DNA of 64,000 nt from positions 1 to 64,000 of the forward strand of contig OX337236.1 of NCBI GenBank assembly GCA_946965045.2, written 5' to 3'. The notes beneath the pieces are model-generated. The model worked only from the letters and a program-made list of their open reading frames with translations, did not search any database and was not told where the DNA came from. This document shows positions 45,582 to 56,812 of this stretch, piece by piece (the first letter of the stretch is position 1; every line of letters begins with the position of its first letter). The position numbers and the translations under genes are program-made. This DNA is from Epithemia pelagica. Lineage: Eukaryota; Protista; Bacillariophyta.

Positions 45582-46529
45582 GTCTGCACAGTATACTATA
45601 GTTAGACAATACTATACAGCGAATATATCGTTCGTTCCGTTCGGCGCAGTCTCCGGCGACGCCGTGTGTGGGTGTGGCATCCAACGCGTGGTTGCGGCAA
45701 AACCTGAGTTGATCCAGAGGACCGATACACAAGGATCGAACGCATCTCCATCGCTCGTCGCCGAGGTGATAAAAGAACTGGAGGATGGGTCGCGCATAAA
45801 ATGCATGGCATAATTTCTCGTAGTAGTTATAAGGACGGGGTGGAACCATTGAAACTCCAAATTTTCTCCCCCCCCAGAACAGCTATTTTACAATAGCGAA
45901 AACAGACCCCCCGGGAAATTCTGGCAGAGGCAAGAACGCTTGCCACATTGCTGGCGTAGCGGGAAAGAAAAGTTTGAAATTGAAATTTTCAGACTAGGGT
46001 GATCATGAGAAAAAGGGATACCGGTCAATTAACGTACAAAACAAATTGACGGGGCTAGAAGGAAAAAATAACAAGGGAGGGGTGAAAAAATCGGCTAGTA
46101 TCGATGTCACTGACTGTTTTGGGGGTATGCTGTAAGACTACATGTAGCAGAGAGATAAATTTTTTGAATATCGTGTCGCAATTATCCGGATTTCCACTGA
46201 AATCCTGTAAAACCAGGATTACCCGGTATTTTTGATTATCAAGCCGGAACTACGGACTACGGAGAGACTGCCTCCACCCCCAATATGTCATCATCGAACC
46301 CCAGCTTTGGTCCTTCTCCATTGCCAAAAAAGTGGCGATGAGAAAGAGACAGCAGCAAACAACACAAACGAGATTAATACCATAGGTATAGAAAGCGGCA
46401 GGATTGACCGTGGCACTGCAATCCCTGGAAAGGAGACTCTACTTTAGAGATGCAACGGATTCCCATCCTCAGGCAACAATCATAGAGTCCAAATGAAAAA
46501 GCAAACAGGAGAACTAATAATATTCGTAC

Positions 46530-48455
46530 ATGTACAACCAGAGCATGGGTTTCTTTGACACGGACGCTTCGGACGACGACGAGGACGTGACGAAAAACCG
46601 GCCATTGCCTCCTTTGGAATCCTTTCTGATGGAAAATGACAATTCCAATGACAAAGCGACGGAACCACGCCTGAATCCACCAGAAAAGGAGAAACCACAA
46701 GACGACGAAGAGGAGGAAGAAGAAGATCCATTGGATGCCTACATGAAGACTCTGAATCACGCTGACAAATCTCCCACCAAGACAAGCTCAACTGTCGTCA
46801 AGAGGAAATGGCAAGACGACGACAACGAAGAGGAAAACGAGCTGGAATCTTCTATTTCAAACAAGCACAAACGAAATCGTTCCGATCCATCCTCTCCGGG
46901 CCAGCATGCTCCAAGCGGCTCGACCGACTCGTCGACACAACAACAACAACAACAACTCCAACCCAAAACTCCATGGCCCGAATTTCCCAAAGTCTTTTGG
47001 ACACCCAGCAACACTCCAAAAGGACGAGAATGGAGAATGAATCAGGATATTACTTGTACCATTGACATGGATCCCATGTACGACTTGTCCGAATTGGAAC
47101 CACTCTGGGGCCCAAACGTTCACGAGACGCTTTCCCAACAGGGGTATCACACACCCACATTGGTGCAATCGCAAACCATTCCGGTCGTACTGTCCGGTCA
47201 CAATGTCGTCGTCACCGCTGCGACCGGACAAGGCAAAACTGGAGCCTATCTGTGGCCCGTAATGGTACACATGCTCCATCAATCTCCACTCCATACAAAC
47301 GAAACCGGGCCCTTGGCCTTGGTTGTCGTTCCGACTCGAGAATTGGCCCACCAAGTCCATGGTCACGCCAAGAAATTACTAGCCGCGTGTGGTGAGGAAC
47401 CACGACGACGACGAGCCCATGTCGTCGTTGGAGGACAGGGCAAGTACTTGTTGCATCAACAATTGAAACGTCAGGGCGGCGTCGACGTGGTTGTCGCCAC
47501 ACCCGGTCGACTGCTCGATGTCGTGTCGGATAAAAAGGGGTTGAGTTTGAACCGTGTCACTGTGCTTGTCTTGGACGAGGCGGACAAATTGTTGGACATG
47601 GGCTTTGAAGCGCAAGTTCGACAACTTTTGACGCAACACATACGACCAGATCGACAAACTCTCTTGTGTTCGGCCACGTGGAGTCGTCGAGTCCAACGGG
47701 TGGCGACGGAATGGATGGGACGGCACTGGGTCCGCATTGCCGTTGGTCGGACCGGTCACAGTGCTCGAAACGTTCAACAACAGGTCCGTGTGTTGTCCAA
47801 CGAAGCGGCCAAGGTTTCGTGGTTACTACAACTTTTTTCCATCACCACCACCACAACAGCAGCAACAACGGTTGAGACACAACAACAACCACAACAACAA
47901 CAAACCCTTGTCTTTGTCGCCACCAAGGAAGGATGCGATCGACTCGTTTCGCAACTGCAAACGGCACTTCCCACCCTGTCCGTGGCAGTGTTGCATGGGG
48001 ACAAGCATGCGTCAGACCGGACGGCTACCATCCGGGCCTTTGCCAAGGGTCGTGTCTCGACCTTGATTGCCACCGATGTCGCGAGTCGAGGATTGGATAT
48101 TCCGCGCGTCTCGACCGTCGTCAATTTTCATGCCGCCAAGAATTACGATACTCATGTCCATCGCATTGGACGTGCCGGACGATGGTCTGCTCGAGAACAG
48201 TTGTCATCCTCACAACAACAACAACAACAACAACAAGTTGGTGGAATAGCCTACACCTTGCTGACACCACACAATGCCGCCTTTGCCAACGTCCTGTTCA
48301 ACGCCTGGCAACGAGAAGGTCGACCCATTCCCCCCGAACTCATGAATCTTCTGGATCGTCCTGGAACAAGCCGCCATGGGTCTCGCAATCATAGGAGACA
48401 CGGCAGCAACCACACATCTCCTCCTCCTTCTTTCTATGGAAACGGTTCGACGTAA
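46530..48455 (+). CDS. DDX42: DEAD-box RNA helicase, DDX42-like
   Basis: EEDPLDAYM N-terminal motif; Q motif PTLVQ; ATGQGKT; PTRELA; TPGRL; DEAD; SAT; TDVASRGLD; HRIGRAGR. Orthology inferred from the N-terminus. Confidence 0.85.
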   Translation: MYNQSMGFFDTDASDDDEDVTKNRPLPPLESFLMENDNSNDKATEPRLNPPEKEKPQDDEEEEEEDPLDAYMKTLNHADKSPTKTSSTVVKRKWQDDDNEEENELESSISNKHKRNRSDPSSPGQHAPSGSTDSSTQQQQQQLQPKTPWPEFPKVFWTPSNTPKGREWRMNQDITCTIDMDPMYDLSELEPLWGPNVHETLSQQGYHTPTLVQSQTIPVVLSGHNVVVTAATGQGKTGAYLWPVMVHMLHQSPLHTNETGPLALVVVPTRELAHQVHGHAKKLLAACGEEPRRRRAHVVVGGQGKYLLHQQLKRQGGVDVVVATPGRLLDVVSDKKGLSLNRVTVLVLDEADKLLDMGFEAQVRQLLTQHIRPDRQTLLCSATWSRRVQRVATEWMGRHWVRIAVGRTGHSARNVQQQVRVLSNEAAKVSWLLQLFSITTTTTAATTVETQQQPQQQQTLVFVATKEGCDRLVSQLQTALPTLSVAVLHGDKHASDRTATIRAFAKGRVSTLIATDVASRGLDIPRVSTVVNFHAAKNYDTHVHRIGRAGRWSAREQLSSSQQQQQQQQVGGIAYTLLTPHNAAFANVLFNAWQREGRPIPPELMNLLDRPGTSRHGSRNHRRHGSNHTSPPPSFYGNGST

Positions 48456-48871
48456 AAACAGAGCTTCAGACGATTGAAATTCAAAGGGTTTGTATGATTC
48501 TTAATGTCAGGACTATGGTATATGGTAGGGCTTCTGCAGCAATCCCGATTCACAATGTCGCCTTTCTGTCGAGAAACTATCAAGTGGTGTCAAATGGTGC
48601 CCATTCGAGTCGCTTTGCGTACCGACCATGGAGTAGCCGATCGGCGTGCTGGAAGAGGTGCAAACGATCGTGACTCGAACGTTCTTCCTCTTTCCAGCAG
48701 CAAGTCGTACTGTAGAGGTCGCAGGAGTACGAGGAGTACGTCACGCTCTCAAGTCTTTGAGTGTGTCCACGGTGTGTGCGTTCGCTCCACGCTGCCCATG
48801 ACACGTGAGACGTCTCAAACTACGGACCAACGCATTGCGCAGCAGCATGACAAATCCAACAGAAAACGAAC

Positions 48872-51209
48872 ATGACGAGCACCATGATGGGGAATACCAT
48901 TGCGACAAATGTTCTACACATCTTCATCGTGCTTGCGAGCATCCCCTTGTCGAGGGGTGAGTTCCCATGGGAGGCCTTTTCCCATTCTCCTGCCGTTTCC
49001 TTGTCGCAAGCACAATCTCTCTACGATCTCTTTTCGGCCACCCGAATGGAAAATTCGTCCTTTCATGAATGGTTTACACCGGATGCGTCCAACAATGCAT
49101 CGATTACCTACTGTGACTTTCCGGGTGTTCGGTGCGACACGGACGACTTTGTCATTTCCCTCAGCGCGAGTGCGGTGGGACTGGAGGGGACTCTTCCCTC
49201 GTCCTTGTTCAGTCTGGAACGACTGCATCACCTGGACTTGAGCCATAACCGTTTGAAAGGAACACTCCCTCCGTCGTTGTCCGTCCTATCTCGTATGGTT
49301 CAATTGAATCTTCGGGGCAACGAACTGATCGGTTCTCTACCGGATTTCTCGCAAATGTCTAAATTGAAACGATTGCTGTTGGATCGGAATGCGTTTACAG
49401 GCACGTAAGTGTGTGTGTACGAGAGTGAGTTGGGCATTCTTGGTATTTGTGATGAGGCAATTGAATCTCTTACCCATGTTTCACCTTAGCATCCCAATAT
49501 CTCTTTGTAGTCTTGAGCAGTTGGTGTCATTGGATATTTCGAGTAATACGAGATTACAGGGATCTCTACCATCGTGTCTTTCGGAGCTTAGCAACCTCAA
49601 AGCTCTACGACTTACGAATGTAGGTCTGGTGGGCGACGTTCCGTCCGGTTTATGCGGTTCACGACCCATGAATGGCCTGGTGAACAACACTTTTGGTTGC
49701 AACGGCATTGCCTGTCCACCCGGATCGTATCGAAAAGGCAATGGACGGCAAATCTCGAACGACACTCCTTGTAACCCTTGTCAAGTACCATCCAACGTAT
49801 TGGGATCGACAATCTGCCAATGGGTCCATGCCAAGGACGTTGCATCCGGTGGTTATGCGGGCTCCTCCTCAGGAACTCCCTCGGTTGCACCATCGCTGAT
49901 TCCATCTACTAGACCAAGTCGAGGTCCCTTTGTTTCCAATGCTCCTTCGGTGGTACCCACAGAAGGTCCCTCCCCTTCAGTTTCGTTTCCGCGGCCATGG
50001 TCGGCCGACCATCCTACAGCAGCTCCATCCGCAAAAACTCTTATGGAATCGGAGAGTCCAACGACATTCCCCTCGACAGCTTTGCAAGCGCCATCTCAAG
50101 ACTCCACCAGTGCGAAACAACCGGTCAATGGGATTATTGGAAACCAACCGTCCTTGAGCAACACTTCGGAACGTGGTCCAGGAGTGTTGATTGGAGGGAG
50201 TCTTTTTGCTGGGACTCTCATTGTTGTGACGGCTGTTATTGTATGGAGGCGTAACTTTTCCAGTCATGTGGAGCATACAGGCGACGCATGTAGCGACGAG
50301 GATGACGACAGTGAATCGGATGTGATTGTCGAGGTTACGACAGTTGAACCCCTCGATGAGGAGCAACAAATGGAATGTTTGCCGCAACAAAGTCTTTCCA
50401 CCATTGATGAAGAGGATAGTGAGGTTGGAATTCCATCGGCCAGTCCAGATAGCTCAATCCTACGATCCAGCTCGGCATCAGCATCGTCTTCCAGTCCTCA
50501 CAGTATTCGAGATGCCACTAGTCCTCGCAAGCTACGAGTTCGTTTCACGCTCCCCGATTCCATGTCACCTGTACCTCTAGCCCCTGACGTTGGAGCCAGT
50601 GCCTCTCCTGAACACGATCCACCAGAAGAAGATCTCGATAACAGGCATACGACGTTAAATGAAGGCACTCCTACGGCAGATACCTGGGCATGCTGGATCA
50701 TGAATCCAGACCTATACCATGCATCTGGATTGTGTGCTCCTGATTGTAACCGTGTGACCAATTTGCAAGAAGCCGAGGACGATGACCAATCGTTGGCACT
50801 TTCGCAAGGTTCGGCAACCTCCCAAACCCCCATGCTAGGAAAAGACGAAAACATGAGTTCTGATGTGCACTATACTAATACGAATGGGTGGTTAGGCGAT
50901 ACTGCTCTCCGATCTCCCCAACGACACCAATGCTCTTCTTCTCCGTGGGACCATACCATGACGCATATGGTAAGAGGCAGAACGGAAGACTCGTCGTTTG
51001 ACTTGGTGCGATCTCGTGCCGCGGCGACACCGGCGGCCACAACCACCACGTCGTCGTACAAGCAATCGCCAAGAGTTCGGCGACAACGAATTCGCGCCTT
51101 GGATCCATTGGCTCATGCGGATGGCAATCAAGCATATCATTACTCTCCCACGCGAAAGGCCACGAATGGGACGACAGGGACTCATCCAGACGGATCCGTT
51201 GAAATATAA
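48872..51209 (+). CDS. LRR receptor-like membrane protein without kinase; exons 48872-49404 and 49490-51209
   Basis: Signal peptide; LRRNT (CDFPGVRC); plant-type LRRs (LHHLDLSHNRLKGTLP, LNLRGNELIGSLP); Cys-rich CPPGSY..CNPC; S/P/T stalk; TM VLIGGSLFAGTLIVVTAVIVW-RR; low-complexity tail. Confidence 0.85.
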
Positions 51210-51340
51210 GAGGAGGAGACGGCATGTGTAGAATCCGTTGTGTTGCTTGTGTAAGATAGAACCACTTTGTCAAGCCTTGTGTTCCCCTGACTTGCTGCTT
51301 CCAGTCCTCGTGTCGGTTTTGTCGCAAACGGCGATCGGAT

Positions 51341-53540
51341 TTAGGTTGTATCTTGAGGTGGCGGCAAAAAGCTGGCTGGTCGTGTCATTTGGTTGGTGGT
51401 ATAGGAAGACGAGGTGGTGGTTGTGGTGGAAGTTGGCTGAGCTACTTGAGCCGGTGGACCCAAAAAGGTACTGGTCGTTGTCGTTGTCATAGTACTGCTA
51501 TTATTGGGATTTGAAACGGAGGAGGACAATTCTCCTTGGGTTCGGCGTTGTCCTCCAAAGCTTGAGGCAAACCCATGCAACAAATGTGCCGCTCCTTGCA
51601 CACTGGCAAAACTTGGAGAATCGGGAGTGGGCAAGGTCATACTACGAGGTGCTATTGTGGTTGTGGTTGTGGTTGGAAGCTGAGGGACGACAGAGGTATC
51701 TTGCCATCTTGTAGAAGCAGAAGAAGAAGACTCTATGACACCCCTCCTTGGAGCTTCGAGGGAAGTCGTAGTTGTAGTAGGAGGATTGCCACGATCGGAT
51801 TCGTTCCTTCGTGTAGCAGTATGATTCTTGTCTTGGGAAACACCAGCAAAACTTGGTTCTTCCGTGGTATTGGGGATCGCACAGACTCCCACCGGTGCTT
51901 GTTGTTGTTGCAGCATTGTCACCTGCGACGAAACCGTACTTGGATAGCTGCCAAGACTGGATCCTGTCGTCGTCGTCGCCAAAGTGGTGATGGTGGAAGG
52001 AACACTACTTGTAGTCGTCGGAGGAGGAGGAGCTTGAGGATAGACGGATGAGGACCACAAGGCTGCCGCCGCCAATGTCGTGGGAACCGTGTTAGTGCTG
52101 CTCGTAGTCCGGACACTGTTGTCGGATGGAATGACCACGACGGGCGACATGGCATAAAAATTGGGTTCACTGCTGACATCGGCCGGTTGTTTGTGTCTCG
52201 TGCCCTTGACTTTTTGTCGCACCATTTGTTGACTGAGAAAGGGCCGACCTTGCAAAAACAATTCGTGATAATAGGCTCCCGCATCGGCACCCTGGGTAAT
52301 GCGACGAAAGCCATACAAGTTTAATTGTCGTTGAAAGGAGGTTAATTTGGTTTGCCGAAAATATCTGTGTATCAAAAGAGACAAAAAGAAACAAACCCAA
52401 CGATTGGTGTACGTGCAAAAAAGTGTGTGGGAGAGAGTCTCTAGAGAAGGTATGCACAAGTGTAGTCACGGAACGCAAACAAAACAAACATACAAACAAA
52501 AACAAAATAAAACACACACACACGTACTTGGGCATGATGGTGGTGGTGAATTCCTTGGGTCGTCGAACAATAAAGGCTCGTCCATGGGGCAACCAGGAGA
52601 CAATGGCCGAGGCGGGATCTTCCGTGGCTTCGTGTCGCAACATTTCGTGCAACTTTTCCGGAAAGGGTTGCGTGACACCGCCCGTCTTTTTGCGCACCAC
52701 CCAATGAGCCACGGCGGCTGCCGTCGTGGGATTTGTGTGAGACGAAGAGGGCAGTACGGTCGTGACGGGAGGTTCGGGAATGTGCGCCATGTCATGGTAC
52801 ACATGAGGAACGCCGCCACTGCTGGAACGTGGTGGTGGAACAGGAACCGTGGAGGTGTCGCCGCTCGCGTTGTTATTGTTGTTGGGCTTATTGGTCGGTG
52901 GCCGGGTCACGGTTGTGGCCAGTGCAACCGTTAATCCATCCGTGTTGCTACTACTGATGCTCGTATGCGTGTTGGTAGTTGGTACTGGTAGTCGTGGTGC
53001 TGTTGCTTCTTGTTGCAAACCGGAGGAGGGTACGGATGGATTCGGAATCGTAGCAGGAGGAGGAGGGATTGGTTTCGTACTAGCATTCGAAGTATTCGTA
53101 GTATTCGTGGAGAGGGGTGCAGCACCCGACCACGAGGAAAGGGGCGGAGCTGCTGGTGCTGTATTGGACGACGACGACGGCGTTGTGAATTGAATGTTGG
53201 TACAAAAGCCATGCAGCGGAGCCGTTGGTGGTTCTTGTTGTTGTGGAGGTGGTTCTCGAGGCACTACTGATTGTTTGTGGTGGTGGTTCGTATCCTGCAC
53301 GACGGGAGGAAAGGGAGGGGAGGTAGCACTGCGCGTCGGAGGAGTCACGAGTGGTGAGGAGGAAGCTGGATCATTCTGGGTGGTTTTCATTTCAGTGTTG
53401 GCCAGAAGAGTGCTGCTGCTGCTCGGATGGTGAATGGTAATGGGTGGAGCCGCAATCGAAAGCAATTGTGGTTGGGATGGTGCAGGAGGTGGTGCCGAGT
53501 CAGGTTGGTCCTGGTTGGTTTCGTTCGTGGACCGATCCAT
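51341..53540 (-). CDS. Heat-shock-factor (HSF) type transcription factor; exons 52528-53540 and 51341-52364
   Basis: PFPEKLHEML..IVSWLPHGRAFIV..PK|YFRQTKLTSFQRQLNLYGFRRI..YYHELFLQG; the intron sits in the DNA-binding domain. Confidence 0.93.
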
Positions 53541-54480
53541 GTCCAAAACTGGTGGAGGTCTTGTCCTCAAAAGAGGTGCGTGGTTCGGATATTGAGAACA
53601 ACTGTGTGTGTGCGCGCTGTGGGGAGAAATGATGCGAATGGAATGCTTTGTCGTTTGGGTCTCAATCAATCTCAATCTCTCTTATACTCTGGAATTTCTT
53701 CAATCACTATAGAATCAACGAAAGGGAACTTCAAGATCAGCAACAAGCAAGCAACTTTCCTTTGCTGATGTGTCTCTCTATCCAATTTGAGAATGCAAAT
53801 GGATTGCACACCGCGTGTGATGAGTGTGTGTTCGGTGATGGTGAGACGACGATGACGAGAAAAATTATTGGATGCGAACCCGCCCGTCGTCGTGGGGATT
53901 TCAGATTTCACAGTAGCGTATAATATGGATATTACAAATGGAGCTTATTTCATATTTTAGGTCAATATGATGTGTTGGTCCATCTTCTCTTTCTCCCCTC
54001 CTTATTTCCACCAAGTCACGGATCATCGAGTTGGTTCGTGGGAATCTCGTATTTCTATCCAATATGGAATACGATATGGTGGATTCGGAGGAGGGTTCCC
54101 ATAGTGGCCCATCGGAGGGAGGACAGACAGAAGTTCGTGATCCACACATCGAGATACACATATTCCAGTCCCGGACCAAATGCGCCACGTACCCAACTGA
54201 AGGAATCTTCAATTGGAGGGAATCTACGAATTCCAAGTACTCTAATCCATACAGTGAAGAGTTTCGGAATCTTCCACAGAGTCAAAATTTGCCATCTGAA
54301 GCGGCGACACGAGATCCATCCATCTCAGCATCCATCACCCATCACAATCACAACGCATCCAAACAAAACAAAAAAAGAGCAACGACGATCGAGACCGAGT
54401 CCTTGAGAGACCAGCAAAGGGGAGGTATATACTCGTACAATAGTGGACGGCATCTCCTCCAAGTTCCCAAGATTGACAAA

Positions 54481-56730
54481 ATGGCAGTGGAACATCAATG
54501 CTTCATGACGGCCATGACCTGGTGGTCCACATGGCTCTTGTTCTGCTGGAACATGAATTGGATGCTGGCACAGGCCTTTGTCGTGACTCCTTCTCCCAGT
54601 CGTTCCGTGTCGTCGTTTCGACTGGCGGCTTCTACCATGCCCACTGCCAATGGTGACACCACCTCGGCATTGTCGTCGTTTCCAGCAGCCTCTTCGTTTG
54701 CGGCTAGCACGACCGTGGCGGCCGTACCCAAGGTGGCGCAACGCTGGAAAAAGTCGACCAAGCAAGTGGCAACGCTGGGACCGGCCTCGTCCTCGTTTGA
54801 AATGATTGAAAAATTGTTTCTGGCCGGGGCCGACATGTTTCGCTTGAATTTTTCTCATGGCTCGCAAGAACAAAAAAAGGAATTGCTCATTACCATTCGA
54901 CAAGTCGAACAAAAATACTCGCATCCCATTGCCATTTTGGGAGATTTGCAGGGTCCCAAATTACGAGTAGGTACACCGACGCAGTCAGTTGTTGTTGGGA
55001 TTTGTATTGTGTGCGAATATATAATATATATATGTGTGTGTGCATTTGGACAGTGTGGGAGTATTCTCGAGTCTGCTTGTTTGTGTCTGTTCCTCTCTCC
55101 CTGTCTCTCACATACACGCTCTCCCCTACACACCATGTATCTTTTTTGTGAATGGCATGAATGACACTATAGGTGGGCGAATTTTCCAATCCCGACGGTG
55201 AAGTATTGGAAAAAGGCCAAGTCTTTCGTTTGGATTTGGATTCCAGCAAGGGCGATCAAAATCGTGTCCAATTGCCCCATCCGGAAATTATTGCCGCCTC
55301 GGAAATTGGTCATCATTTACTTGTGGATGACGGCAAGGTCAAATTGGTCGTGTCGGGCAAGGGGGAAGGATTCTTGAATTGTACCGTCCTCGTGGCCGGT
55401 CGCATCAAGGATCGCAAGGGTGTGAATACACCCGATTCCGTCTTGGAAATTAGTCCCTTGACACCCAAGGATCGGAGTGATTTGGCCTATCAAATTGAAA
55501 TTGGTGTCGATTGGATTGCCTTGTCCTTTGTACAAACCCCGGCCGATATTGATGAAATTACACGCTTGATTGATGAGATTTTGCCCGACAATCAACACCG
55601 ACCGGCCCTCATGGCCAAGATTGAAAAACCATCCTGTTTTGATGGCGACAATTTACAACGCATTGTCGAAAAATGTGATGGTATCATGGTGGCTCGTGGG
55701 GATTTGGGTGTCGAATGTCCCCCCGAAGATGTCCCCCTCTTGCAAAAGACCATTATTAACGAATGCCGCAATCAAGGCAAACCCGTCGTGGTGGCCACTC
55801 AAATGTTGGAATCCATGATTGAAAATCCGACACCGACCCGCGCCGAAGCCAGTGACGTATCGACGGCCATTTACGATGGAGCCGATGCAATCATGCTCAG
55901 TGCCGAATCGGCCGCCGGCAAGTATCCCGAAGAATCCGTCACCATGCAACAACGCATTATCAATCGCGTCGAAAGCGATCCCCATTATCGAACCTTTTTG
56001 CATACGGCCGATTTCTTTCCCAAAAAGACACCGGCCGATGCCATTATTACCGCCGCGCGACAAATTGCCAAGACCATTGAAGCCAAGGCCATTGTCACCT
56101 TTTCCTTGCGGGGTACCACCGTCCTGCGGGCCTCCCAAACACGACCCGGTGTGCCCATTCTAGCCCTGTGTCCCTTTAAGGAAACGGCCCGTCAATTGGC
56201 TCTTGTATGGTAAGATTCTTTTGTTACACACTGTCGAGCATACATCAAAATGATATACGGATGCATACTCTCACAAATTCGCGTCATGGTTCCCTTGCGT
56301 ATGATTGAATCTCGCGTCGTGTTTGCTCTATATAATAGGGGTGTTTATCCGGACCTTCCACAAGCAGGATCCTACGGCTACAGTGTGAGTGAAGAAAACA
56401 TGTTTGACTATGAGGAACCCATGATTGAAGAGGCCTCGGACGATTTTGATTTGATCCTTCGCAATGCCTGTCGCTCCGCCTTGCGAAAAGGTCTCGTCTC
56501 CGACCCTGACGACCTCTTGGTTGTCACGGCTGGCTTGCCCTTTGGAACACCCGGTGCCGCCAACATGTAAGCTCCACAAAACTCTTGTGTGGTGTATGGA
56601 TCCAAGATCACGACGTCGATCGACACTCGCTCACATGCACTTTTGCTTTCTTCCATATTGTCCTTTCAGCATTCGCATCTTGCCTGCTTCAGGACCCTCG
56701 TGTTGGGATGGTGTATGTCGTGTGGATTAA
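54481..56730 (+). CDS. PK: Pyruvate kinase, plastid-targeted; exons 54481-54966, 55173-56209, 56339-56566, 56670-56730
   Basis: TLGPAS, FRLNFSHG, DLQGPKLR, KGVN.PD, ALSFVQ, MAKIEK, DGIMVARGDLGVE, ATQMLESM, PTRAEASDV, MLSAESA. Signal peptide followed by AQA-FVV (ASAFAP-type). Confidence 0.96.
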
Positions 56731-56812
56731 GGAACCCTGTAAAACAAGACGTTACATGTTATATACCAGGTGGCTCTTTCTCGTTTCGGTTTTCCTGCAA
56801 CGTCGGTTGTTA

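Noticed and set aside
54031-54480. In-frame upstream extension of pyruvate kinase
   Set aside because: The signal peptide and ASAFAP-like motif begin after ATG 54481. The upstream part is more likely UTR or intergenic sequence open by chance.
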